A stretch of DNA of 64,000 bases from Candidatus Poribacteria bacterium (GTDB taxonomy: Bacteria > Poribacteria > WGA-4E > WGA-3G): positions 1,834,621-1,898,620 of the forward strand of contig OZ241845.1 of NCBI GenBank assembly GCA_965202725.1, given 5' to 3'. The translations under genes were made by a program, and so were the position numbers. The first letter of the stretch is position 1, and each line of letters begins with the position of its first letter. Positions 30,165-38,169 of the stretch are shown here, piece after piece. The notes under the pieces are model-generated. The model saw only the letters and a program-made list of their open reading frames with translations, had not been told where the DNA came from and did no database searches.

Positions 30165-30440
30165 TCAAACGACAATTGTTTGCGGAGCTGAGGTCACTTC
30201 ACCGACAGCAGGCACTTCCACGCGCCCGGCGCAATTACCACAGAACGTGTAGTAGCGAACTGAATCTTCAGCAAGATCAATAACACGCGCAACGGCATTC
30301 TTAAGTGCCTCATACTGTCTCCGGTTGAGATGTGCTTCAAATACGCTGTACTGGACACGCGTGCCGAACCCTTTAAGCACTTTTGCGAGTCGGTTGCGCC
30401 TGTGATCGTCAGGAATATCGTAAGTGATGACATAGAGCAT
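30165..30440 (-). CDS. cas2: CRISPR-associated endoribonuclease Cas2
   Basis: '[35 protein letters not shown]' is a canonical Cas2 N-terminus. Start placed at the second Met (ATG at 30440) with GGAGGT 7 nt upstream. The first Met of the ORF overlaps the promoter -10 element. Confidence 0.85.
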   Translation of the reverse strand: MLYVITYDIPDDHRRNRLAKVLKGFGTRVQYSVFEAHLNRRQYEALKNAVARVIDLAEDSVRYYTFCGNCAGRVEVPAVGEVTSAPQTIVV

Positions 30441-30465
30441 CAATTTACCTCCAGTTTGGTTTATA

Positions 30466-30494
30466 AGCATACCCTAAATTTGCACATAAGTCAA
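30466..30494 (-). promoter_or_regulatory. cas2-SWIM operon promoter (TTGACT-N17-TATGCT, minus strand)
   Basis: The minus strand reads aaaaTTGACT tatgtgcaaatttaggg TATGCT. About 20 nt further is GGAGGT, then the cas2 ATG. It shares about 40 nt with the array 1 leader promoter region. Confidence 0.55.
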
Positions 30495-30519
30495 TTTTCC
30501 CGACAGATTTAATTTGACT

Positions 30520-31045
30520 CCTAAGCGAGAAGGAAGGTATAATCTAAGATATGCTGTTTATTTCTGTCATCATTCACGTCAAGAGATGTGATACCCGTAG
30601 GGGCGAGGTTTCCTCGCCCGATAGAGGAGACGGGTTGGGAAACCCAACCCCTACGAGAAGTAAATATCGCTCCGCTGTTGTAGCATGGTTTCCTGTCAGG
30701 CTGTGCCATCTGTATTGCTCTTCCGTAGCATAGCCTGTTAGGCTGTGTTAGCTTGTAGCATATCCTGTTGTAGCATAGCCTGTTAGGCTGTGTTAGCTTG
30801 TAGCATGGTTTCCTGTCAGGCTGTGTTAGCTTGTAGCATATCCTGTTGTAGCATGGTCTCCTGTTAGGCTGTGCCATCTGTATTGCTCTTCCGTAGCATA
30901 GTTTCCTGTCAGGCCGTGTTAGCTTGTAGCATGGTTTCCTGTTAGGCTGTGTTAGCTTGTAGCATAGTTTCCTGTCAGGCTGTGCAATCTTACCCCCACA
31001 ACCCCACCCAAGCAAGGGCGGGGGAGAGTGGCTACAAAAAGGCAT
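30520..31045. repeat. Repeat cluster between cas2 and the decarboxylase gene
   Basis: About ten copies of GTAGCAT(A/G)G(CC/TTTCC)TGT(T/C)AGGC(T/C)GTG, then a GC-rich hairpin element at about 30994-31030. The 174-aa ORF here is a repeat translation. Confidence 0.8.
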
Positions 31046-31100
31046 CAGGTGTCCGGCCTACTAACATTAATGAAGTCCAACAATTGGAGATCGGAAGTAC

Positions 31101-32732
31101 GTGAACTATCGCGATATTTTAAAAGACATTCGCCAGGCTTTTCCGCAACCTGTAGCAGACCCTATCCATAATTCCTATTTCGTGCATTCTATCATGCGCG
31201 CCTTGGACCAGGTCGATGAACTCAAAACACATCTGCCAATGCTCGGCAGCGTCATCCCTGCTGATTTTGCAGCAGCGCGCCAGACAACCCTACCTGAAAC
31301 GATGTCCTCCGTTAAGGATGTCACAACCGACCTCGTGAGCTACCTCCGAGGTATGACGATCTTCGGACACCCGCGCACGCAACAGAACGTTGTTGCCCCA
31401 CCAACAATTCCAAGCCTGATCGGGGTGCTCCTCGCGTCTCTCTACAATCCAAACCTCGCCTGGGATGAATACAGTCGACTAGTGGCATTGGCTGAGGTTG
31501 AGGTCATCGGGATGACCTCAAAAATGGTGGGATACGATCCAGAGGCATCAGGCGGCGTATTTACTTTCGGCGGCACGGGAACAACCTTCTACGGGGTAAA
31601 ACTTGGCTTGGAAAAAGCTGACCCAGGCACGGTCGAAAACGGCACCTCTGAAGACGTAGTTGTGTTTGTGTCAGATACAGGCCACTATTGCGCCACGAAC
31701 ATCGTCGGTTGGCTCGGCATCGGAACAAAGAATCTCATCACGATCCCAACGACATTTGAAAACGAAATGGATCTCGAGGTACTGGCACAAGAAACCCGCA
31801 AGGCACTGGAAAACGGAAAAAAGATCGCCGCTATTATTGCTACATTAGGCACCACGGACGCCTTTGGATTGGACGACTTAGCGCGCATCGTGGCGTTACG
31901 GGATAAACTTGTCGAGGACTTCAAACTGGACTATCAACCACACGTTCACGCAGACGCGGTTATCGGATGGGCATGGTCGGTCTTTAACGCTTACGATATT
32001 GAGGAGAACCCCCTAGCGTTTCGCCCGCGCACCCTCCGGGCGTTAGCAGGCACACGCCGGCGGATACGGCATTTAGCCCTCGCCGATTCAATCGGCATTG
32101 ACTTTCACAAAACCGGGTTTGCACCCTACATCTCGAGTCTTCTCCTCGTCAAAAACCGAACGGATCTAGATTTGGTGAAACGGCACCCCGAACAGATGCC
32201 CTATCTTTATCACTTCGGAGATTACCGGCCCGGTATGTACACACTTGAGACTTCAAGGGCAGGAACGGGGGTTCTCGCTGCCCTTGCGAACCTCCGACTC
32301 TTTGGCGAGCAGGGATTGCAAACGATTCTTGGACATATCGTTGAAATGGCCCAGCTCCTGCGCGAACACCTTGGCGGACACGCAGCCACAACCGTGGTCA
32401 ACCGAGAGAACTTCGGAACCGTCACCCTGTTCCGCGCCTATCCAGACGGCGTGGATACTTTCCCAATTCAAAATCAGGAATTTAAAGACCCTGCATATCG
32501 CGACAGCTTGCGCAAACACAACGCGTATAACCAAAAGATTTTTGAATATGTCCAAGCGGAAGCCATGGAGGGCAGGGGGGTGGTTATCTCCACAACGGAC
32601 TGTTACCGATACACTGCTTACGGTGAACCGATTGTCGCGCTAAAGTCATATATCCTCTCCCCGTTCGTCGATGAAGTGGACGTGGAGACTGTGGTCACCA
32701 AGGTGCTGGAAGCGCGGGAGAAGGTTGATTAA
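31101..32732 (+). CDS. PLP-dependent group II amino-acid decarboxylase (tyrosine/glutamate/diaminobutyrate decarboxylase family)
   Basis: 543 aa. The 'DSIGIDFHKTGFAPY' block matches the S-x-HK PLP-lysine motif of group II decarboxylases. Substrate is unknown. Confidence 0.7.
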   Translation: MNYRDILKDIRQAFPQPVADPIHNSYFVHSIMRALDQVDELKTHLPMLGSVIPADFAAARQTTLPETMSSVKDVTTDLVSYLRGMTIFGHPRTQQNVVAPPTIPSLIGVLLASLYNPNLAWDEYSRLVALAEVEVIGMTSKMVGYDPEASGGVFTFGGTGTTFYGVKLGLEKADPGTVENGTSEDVVVFVSDTGHYCATNIVGWLGIGTKNLITIPTTFENEMDLEVLAQETRKALENGKKIAAIIATLGTTDAFGLDDLARIVALRDKLVEDFKLDYQPHVHADAVIGWAWSVFNAYDIEENPLAFRPRTLRALAGTRRRIRHLALADSIGIDFHKTGFAPYISSLLLVKNRTDLDLVKRHPEQMPYLYHFGDYRPGMYTLETSRAGTGVLAALANLRLFGEQGLQTILGHIVEMAQLLREHLGGHAATTVVNRENFGTVTLFRAYPDGVDTFPIQNQEFKDPAYRDSLRKHNAYNQKIFEYVQAEAMEGRGVVISTTDCYRYTAYGEPIVALKSYILSPFVDEVDVETVVTKVLEAREKVD

Positions 32733-32776
32733 CAGTTCATACCTAACAGATCACACGCCAAGACAGGAAATTTGTT

Positions 32777-32986
32777 ATGCCTGAATTACCTGAATTAATG
32801 AGCTCACCACCATTTTTACTAATTGCAGCCGTATTCGCCATATCTATTATCCTCGGGATCCTCAAGCACGCATGGCGTTTCTTGATCTGGATTGCTGGTA
32901 TTGTTGCTGTTCTCCTCTGGCTGGGTGTTACGAATGTACCCCAGATGAGAGACTGGTTTGAGAGACTTCTGAAAATAGTGGAGTGA
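32777..32986 (+). CDS. Possible small two-helix membrane protein (69 aa)
   Basis: Two hydrophobic segments. AGGAAA about 7 nt upstream of the ATG. It overlaps the 3' end of cas6 on the opposite strand, so it may be spurious. Confidence 0.2.
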   Translation: MPELPELMSSPPFLLIAAVFAISIILGILKHAWRFLIWIAGIVAVLLWLGVTNVPQMRDWFERLLKIVE

Positions 32987-33935
32987 TACGGTACTGCCCA
33001 TGTCCAAACGCTGTGTGGTGCCCGATGTGTAGATACTCGCCGAGATAGATAAAGGGTAGGAACGGTTCTAACGCACCGGTAAAGCGAACCTTCCCGATAA
33101 ACCCACCCATCGGAACGGATTTCTCAGCTCGATAGGAGTAGCGATCTGCCCGTATCCAATAAAAATTGGATACGTCCGTTACGGCCTTCGCGGTGTCAAT
33201 TAGGGCCCGGGCATCTACCGCTAAGTCTTCACCACAATGGAAATAGCTCAGGAATCGGATACGCCGGAGTAGGTTGCGGATGAGGTGTTCAAAGGTCAGC
33301 TTGCTTGTCCACTTTCCTTCCACTTTGATGCTGGTGGGTGTGAGAAACTCCAACGCAATCTCATCAATTCCGTTCGGCACGCTACGCATGACGTCGTCCC
33401 GCCCAAGAATCTGACCGTCGTCTGTGAGTAGTTCGGTTGCTGCTGTGTAAATTGTTCGGATGTCTTGGCTGCCCCGTGCGGGAAGGGTTTCTACCTTATC
33501 AAGACGGCACTGTCCGCGTTTCCCACGGATGCCGACCCGCCGCCTACCTATCTCGCGGAAGGTGAAGACCAGCCATGGTAATAGGGTGATTGTCTCGCCG
33601 ATGAGGGTCAGCGTGCAGGTGAAGGTATCGCCGGGGGCATAGTCCAGTTGCTGAGTGTGTGGCGGTTCAAGAATAAACGGGTGCGGCGCGAAGGGCTGTG
33701 CGCGTAGCATTGGACTGTCATCGGGGACAGGCGTTTCAAAGCATTTAGAGTAGACGCACCGGGCTGGGTGCTGGCACTGTGTGTGGCATCGCGTTTCGCC
33801 GCTGATGCATGTTATGTCGCGCAGCAGGTATCCCAACCGGCTGCGGAAGATGTTGCCTTTGTATGCCGGCATCTTTAGCGGTTCTCGGACGGTGTATGTG
33901 AATCGGTAGCGTGCGAATCTGAAGTTTTGGAGCAT
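32928..33935 (-). CDS. cas6: CRISPR repeat endoribonuclease Cas6
   Basis: C-terminal glycine-rich loop 'IGHHTAFGHGQYRI' matches the Cas6 G-x-x-T-x-x-G-x-G signature. The N-terminus 'MLQNFRFARYRFTY' is typical of Cas6. At 335 aa it is longer than most Cas6 proteins. Confidence 0.75.
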   Translation of the reverse strand: MLQNFRFARYRFTYTVREPLKMPAYKGNIFRSRLGYLLRDITCISGETRCHTQCQHPARCVYSKCFETPVPDDSPMLRAQPFAPHPFILEPPHTQQLDYAPGDTFTCTLTLIGETITLLPWLVFTFREIGRRRVGIRGKRGQCRLDKVETLPARGSQDIRTIYTAATELLTDDGQILGRDDVMRSVPNGIDEIALEFLTPTSIKVEGKWTSKLTFEHLIRNLLRRIRFLSYFHCGEDLAVDARALIDTAKAVTDVSNFYWIRADRYSYRAEKSVPMGGFIGKVRFTGALEPFLPFIYLGEYLHIGHHTAFGHGQYRITPLFSEVSQTSLSSGVHS

Positions 33936-33993
33936 GGTCAGTAAGATTTCATCGAACTATCAATTCCGTAGATTTCTATAAAACAGGGAAACG

Positions 33994-35148
33994 CTATGGG
34001 CTTTTGTACACAACGTTACGATTGCCGTAGTGCCTCAGTGTCAAACCGCCAGGAGCCCTTTCACAACTGACCCGAATACCCCGGGCAATACGGAAGGTGT
34101 AGATATTATCATGATTTGCAAGTTGTTGAAACTTGAGGCCAGAAACTCGGGCATTCAGTTGGGTTATATTCCCATTACTCTCTTCCAGCGCTACAGCTAT
34201 CTTCGCCAAGGTTTCCTGAAGGTCTTCCCATTGATCGTTGTTTAACTTCTGACAGTCGTTGGTGAAACTTTGCTGATACACTAACCGAGGGAATTTCAAC
34301 AGTTCTCCAGATAACAGATCTGATTTCGATCGCTGCCAGAGCAACTCCCCCCACGTCGATAATCCCGCATAAGTCTGGCCATTTTCTTCTACGAATTCCA
34401 GAAGCGTTTCTGAAATACCACTAAGCTCGTCAATCGGATATAACTTTCCTGCAGCCATCAATGCAAATTCCGTCAGATTTTCTTCAATAACAGCGGTATT
34501 AATCTGTATTGGCAGGCTCGGGATCTTGATTAACTCAGCATTTTCTGACTCAAAGATATATATCACTTCATCGGCGTAAAATGCCCCGAAGGTATTCATG
34601 TAACCTTGCAGACTCTTGAAGCCCCCGACAAGGTTGAAAATCACGCGATAGCCGCCCCCCTGTAGCGGCGGCACATTGTCCTGTCGCCGCGGCACAGTGT
34701 CCTCAAGCCACTCAATCAATTTCTTTGTCCCCGTGGTGAAGGACTCCGGATCTTGTGTTGAAAGCCGATCAGGAATGAAAACGTTCACGTTAAAGCCTTG
34801 TCCCTCGAGGAAATCCTTAATCAATTCACCAGTTTGTCGTCCTTGTGCGGTATCGGTGCAGATGAGATGGTGTTCGTCATTGCTATCCGTGGGCAGTTGG
34901 CCGCCATAGATGCCGTAAATGCCGTTCAATTCAGCACTGATCCGACGATTAGCCTGGGGATTGTTATCCATAAGCCGTTCGAGTGCTCGGGCCGCAAGTG
35001 TATTAATCACCTCTTTCGCATTGGGTGTTAATTCGTCTTGCGTGAGATTTGCCGAATCTCGCAGCGTTCCGAACCAAGTTCCCTCGTCTTCCCTATCAAT
35101 AAGATTTGTCAGGATACTGGTTCCAACAGTTGATAAAATAAAACGCAT
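33994..35148 (-). CDS. CARF-RelE fusion effector (Cami1-like cyclic-oligoadenylate-activated mRNA interferase, predicted)
   Basis: N-terminal CARF signature 'MRFILSTVGTSILTN'. The C-terminal roughly 90 aa, 'IYTFRIARGIRVSCERAPGGLTLRHYGNRNVVYK', aligns by eye with the RelE/ParE toxin core (YRIxYxxD...LxVLxxGHRxxxY). Confidence 0.65.
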   Translation of the reverse strand: MRFILSTVGTSILTNLIDREDEGTWFGTLRDSANLTQDELTPNAKEVINTLAARALERLMDNNPQANRRISAELNGIYGIYGGQLPTDSNDEHHLICTDTAQGRQTGELIKDFLEGQGFNVNVFIPDRLSTQDPESFTTGTKKLIEWLEDTVPRRQDNVPPLQGGGYRVIFNLVGGFKSLQGYMNTFGAFYADEVIYIFESENAELIKIPSLPIQINTAVIEENLTEFALMAAGKLYPIDELSGISETLLEFVEENGQTYAGLSTWGELLWQRSKSDLLSGELLKFPRLVYQQSFTNDCQKLNNDQWEDLQETLAKIAVALEESNGNITQLNARVSGLKFQQLANHDNIYTFRIARGIRVSCERAPGGLTLRHYGNRNVVYKSP

Positions 35149-35180
35149 TATATACCTCTGTTATCAATATTATAAGGTTA

Positions 35181-35285
35181 TCCGAACCGGCTGCGGAAGA
35201 TGTTGCCCTTGTATGCCGGCATCTTTAGCGGTTCTCGGACGGTGTATGTGAATCGGTAGCGTGCGAATCTAACGTTTTGGAGCAT
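35181..35285 (-). pseudogene. Duplicated cas6 5' fragment (35 codons then stop)
   Basis: Encodes 'MLQNVRFARYRFTYTVREPLKMPAYKGNIFRSRFG*'. About 100 nt are roughly 95% identical to 33833-33935. It starts 9 nt after the stop of the upstream CARF gene. Confidence 0.6.
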
Positions 35286-35293
35286 AGTGTTGT

Positions 35294-36391
35294 TCACGCC
35301 CAACCGAAGGCAGCGCGTATGTATCGATGAAATGTTTGCCGGAGGTCATACCACGTATTTTTCCCCCAGATTTCTAAAGACTGGCTTGAACGCCCTGTTT
35401 CTTCTCTCAATTCGGCTTGGATTAGCTGCTGCGCCTCTTGCGAAGCCCCACACAACACAATCGCACGTGCCTCAACACCGCCGAGTTGCCGCATCCGTAA
35501 AATAGCCTCCATCCCTTTTTCCTTCACCCGGTCATGTTTATAAGCAAGGGTACACGAAACGACAACGACTTGGTAACCCAGGACTGCAACTACGTCAAGT
35601 TCAAAAGGCTTCACACTTGCGTCTGATAGATCGGATCGTCGGACATATACCTTGTGGAAAAGTCTATAGTTGTTCCGATCCGGGCACTGTCGGGACACAT
35701 CTCCCAAGGCATCCTGAAAGGCAGCATACGCCCCGTATTCAAGAAGTTCCGGTGTAGAACACCTACCCCTATTGACTACTGCACGGCCTTTCGCCAATTG
35801 CTCTCGGCTGAGCGTGTTGGGGGCAGGACAACTTCTCGTTTGATTGTTCCCTAATTCATCCCGATATTCATAAAAAAATGGGCCGAGTTCAAAACCGTTG
35901 AGATCAGCAATTCGCAGCAAAGAAGGATCTACTCCCTTGCGAGTATCTGAGACTAAGACATTCCCATTCCGGTCTATGAGGGTCGCCCCCGCGTCGGCAC
36001 GTGGATCCAGATAAGAGGTCTCTACATCCATACCTTGTGATGGAAGGGAAACCTTAAGATTTTCTGCCGCAGCGACGGTTTCAACGCACATCACCTTCGT
36101 GCCACCAGTATAATGTACGTGAATGCAAGTCGTATTGTCTGGTAAATTGTGCACGAGGCTCCGGGTTATGTCGTTGCGTACAGTAGCCGGATTTCCTGAC
36201 ACTGTTTCGACCGTATCAATAACAGGGACATCGCCACTATATTTCAGCAGTCGATCCCGTTCGGGTCTTGTTTCTTTCGTATGCACGAGTCGGACATAGA
36301 TAGGGGCTGGCAGTTTATCTTTCAAATGATGGAGTGCCACCCACACAGGTAGGGGATTGGTGCCAACTGTTAGCATGAGCAGCGTTCCCAT
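35294..36391 (-). CDS. CARF-domain effector with uncharacterised C-terminal domain (possibly restriction-endonuclease-like / Can2-like)
   Basis: N-terminal CARF signature 'MLTVGTNPLPVWVAL'. The C-terminal roughly 170 aa contain 'FELDVVAVLGYQVVVVSCTLAYK', a candidate PD-(D/E)xK-like strand pair. The assignment is weak. Confidence 0.5.
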   Translation of the reverse strand: MGTLLMLTVGTNPLPVWVALHHLKDKLPAPIYVRLVHTKETRPERDRLLKYSGDVPVIDTVETVSGNPATVRNDITRSLVHNLPDNTTCIHVHYTGGTKVMCVETVAAAENLKVSLPSQGMDVETSYLDPRADAGATLIDRNGNVLVSDTRKGVDPSLLRIADLNGFELGPFFYEYRDELGNNQTRSCPAPNTLSREQLAKGRAVVNRGRCSTPELLEYGAYAAFQDALGDVSRQCPDRNNYRLFHKVYVRRSDLSDASVKPFELDVVAVLGYQVVVVSCTLAYKHDRVKEKGMEAILRMRQLGGVEARAIVLCGASQEAQQLIQAELREETGRSSQSLEIWGKNTWYDLRQTFHRYIRAAFGWA

Positions 36392-36469
36392 GGGGACAGT
36401 TTCCTCCGTTTTCCTACAAATTTTGCTGAACTCCGAAAAGGTCGTGCTTGTGCTGCGGTATTTCAGGGG

Positions 36470-36526
36470 CTCTTAGACGGTGTATGTAAATCGGTAGCGT
36501 GCGAATCTGAAGTTTTGAAGCATCAT
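36470..36526 (-). pseudogene. Second duplicated cas6 5' fragment (17 codons then stop)
   Basis: Encodes 'MMLQNFRFARYRFTYTV*'. It overlaps the csx1 stop in an ATGA context and matches the cas6 5' end for about 55 nt. Confidence 0.5.
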
Positions 36527-37974
36527 GGAAGTTGTGCGATAAATTTATGTTGCTCATTGAAAGAAACAGCATCAATACAAGCAAGCTCTTGCGCCATCTT
36601 GAAGCGTTTTTCAACAGTTGACTTAAAAGCGTTGAATTCTTTGCTACTGATTATGCGCATACCATGTGCGTAAATACTTTGATTCCTCGTTCCCACTTGG
36701 TTTTGAAACCTTCCCCAGTCCAAGTCTTGAACAATTTCATCTTCCAGGGCGTGTAATAAGAGATATCCGTCAATCAACCCAATGGGGGCAGGAAGAACAG
36801 ACCTATCTGTGCGTTGGAAAACTTCTTTCAATTTAGCCTTATACCGACTGAAAATTTCAGCCTTATCAATACCAGAGTAATCCGGGTTACGAGTGTCAAT
36901 CTTGTACCCTGCAAGACGGTGTTGTTCTATCCACTCAAGAAGCCGATAGAGAATCAGACAGGCAGTGTCGTGTTTTCCTTGTGCTTCTCGACGAAGTGCA
37001 TTGTGATAGAGCATAAACGCAAAGTGAAATCCATTAGGCGCATTAAGTGCTTCATGTTCGGTTTTGAGAAACGTCAATAAACGGTTCAATGCTTCCGTTT
37101 GTTTGTCAAGACGGGACCTTAAATCTTGGAGACGACTTAGCCCTTCTAACATCGAAAATTGACAAAGAAGTTCCACCAATCGAACTAAATAAGTTCTGGA
37201 CTTGCCAATATCAAGATTATCCCAAGCCTCATAGGCTGTGCAGAGGTATTCATAAGCTTCGTAAATTTTGACTTTATTGGTATCACCAACTTTTGATTTG
37301 AGTTGATCAAAAATACGCTGCGCTCCAGCGTAATCGTGCTCGTTGTATAGGTTTCTTGCCTTCTCAACCTCTAAATCACCAAACACGGTGTAAGGGTTAT
37401 CTAAGAGACTGAGATATTCAGAGCCCGGTTCAGGTTTCTGTAGTACAAATGAGGTGTTGTCCACATAATAAATATCGGCACCAAGTGCAGCACCTGCCAT
37501 CGCTGCGCCACCAACCATTGACTTTTTGCCTCCTGTGATATCTACGGCAATATTCGTTGGTTTGCCCCACTCAGTGTAAAGTTCCATGATTGTCTTGTAT
37601 ACTTCCACAGTGCTGCTTCCATCAATTCTGCGCACGGCAAGCTGGTCGAGCTGTAACTTCGTTTCGTCCTGAATTCTTTGCAGAAATCCGGCTGTTTCTT
37701 CTGTGTGAAGTAAAGCAACCCATTCAGGTCTTATCGCGAGGATAGAAAGAATTAGCGGTTCAGGGGAGAAACCAACAGTCAAAATGAGAACATCATACTC
37801 TTTATTGGGGCAATTTGCGGGTTTTTTGAGAAAGACCTCCTTGACAAGTGGGAAAATCTGTTCGTCATAGAAAGTGCCTGCGGTTCTTCTGGCCTCGTGA
37901 GAAGTACGGTCCATCTCCTGCCATTCTGAGAACAGTGCATTAAGTTTGGTTTCGAGGGTTTTGTTTTTCGACAT
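36523..37974 (-). CDS. csx1: Csx1-family CARF-HEPN ribonuclease
   Basis: CARF signature 'VLILTVGFSPEPLILSI', and C-terminal HEPN R-x4-6-H motif 'RNQSIYAHG' about 50 aa from the end. A length of 483 aa is typical of Csx1. Confidence 0.8.
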   Translation of the reverse strand: MSKNKTLETKLNALFSEWQEMDRTSHEARRTAGTFYDEQIFPLVKEVFLKKPANCPNKEYDVLILTVGFSPEPLILSILAIRPEWVALLHTEETAGFLQRIQDETKLQLDQLAVRRIDGSSTVEVYKTIMELYTEWGKPTNIAVDITGGKKSMVGGAAMAGAALGADIYYVDNTSFVLQKPEPGSEYLSLLDNPYTVFGDLEVEKARNLYNEHDYAGAQRIFDQLKSKVGDTNKVKIYEAYEYLCTAYEAWDNLDIGKSRTYLVRLVELLCQFSMLEGLSRLQDLRSRLDKQTEALNRLLTFLKTEHEALNAPNGFHFAFMLYHNALRREAQGKHDTACLILYRLLEWIEQHRLAGYKIDTRNPDYSGIDKAEIFSRYKAKLKEVFQRTDRSVLPAPIGLIDGYLLLHALEDEIVQDLDWGRFQNQVGTRNQSIYAHGMRIISSKEFNAFKSTVEKRFKMAQELACIDAVSFNEQHKFIAQLP

Positions 37975-38169
37975 ATTTATACTTCCTCTTAGATTTCTAT
38001 ATTCTTTTTTTATGGTGTCGCCTCATTTTCCAATTTCTCTGAGGTGAGTATTGTTGTAAACTACAAACTCTACAAGTTCGTCACGCGAGTATCTTCCTTT
38101 TGCCTTGGCACCTGCATTTATATAATAATTATCATGATTTATCAGGCGCCTCCAAGCTCGAGTTACTAC

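Noticed and set aside
30521-31045. The 174-aa ORF on the minus strand. Similar ORFs lie at 12763-13324 and 24569-24838.
   Set aside because: Periodic 'QPNRLCYK(L/R)T' peptide repeats are just the dispersed DNA repeat read in frame.
31101-32732. PLP-decarboxylase as a CRISPR-associated gene.
   Set aside because: It is on the opposite strand and convergent with cas6, and separated from cas2 by a repeat cluster and a GC-hairpin boundary element. It is most likely an ordinary chromosomal neighbour.
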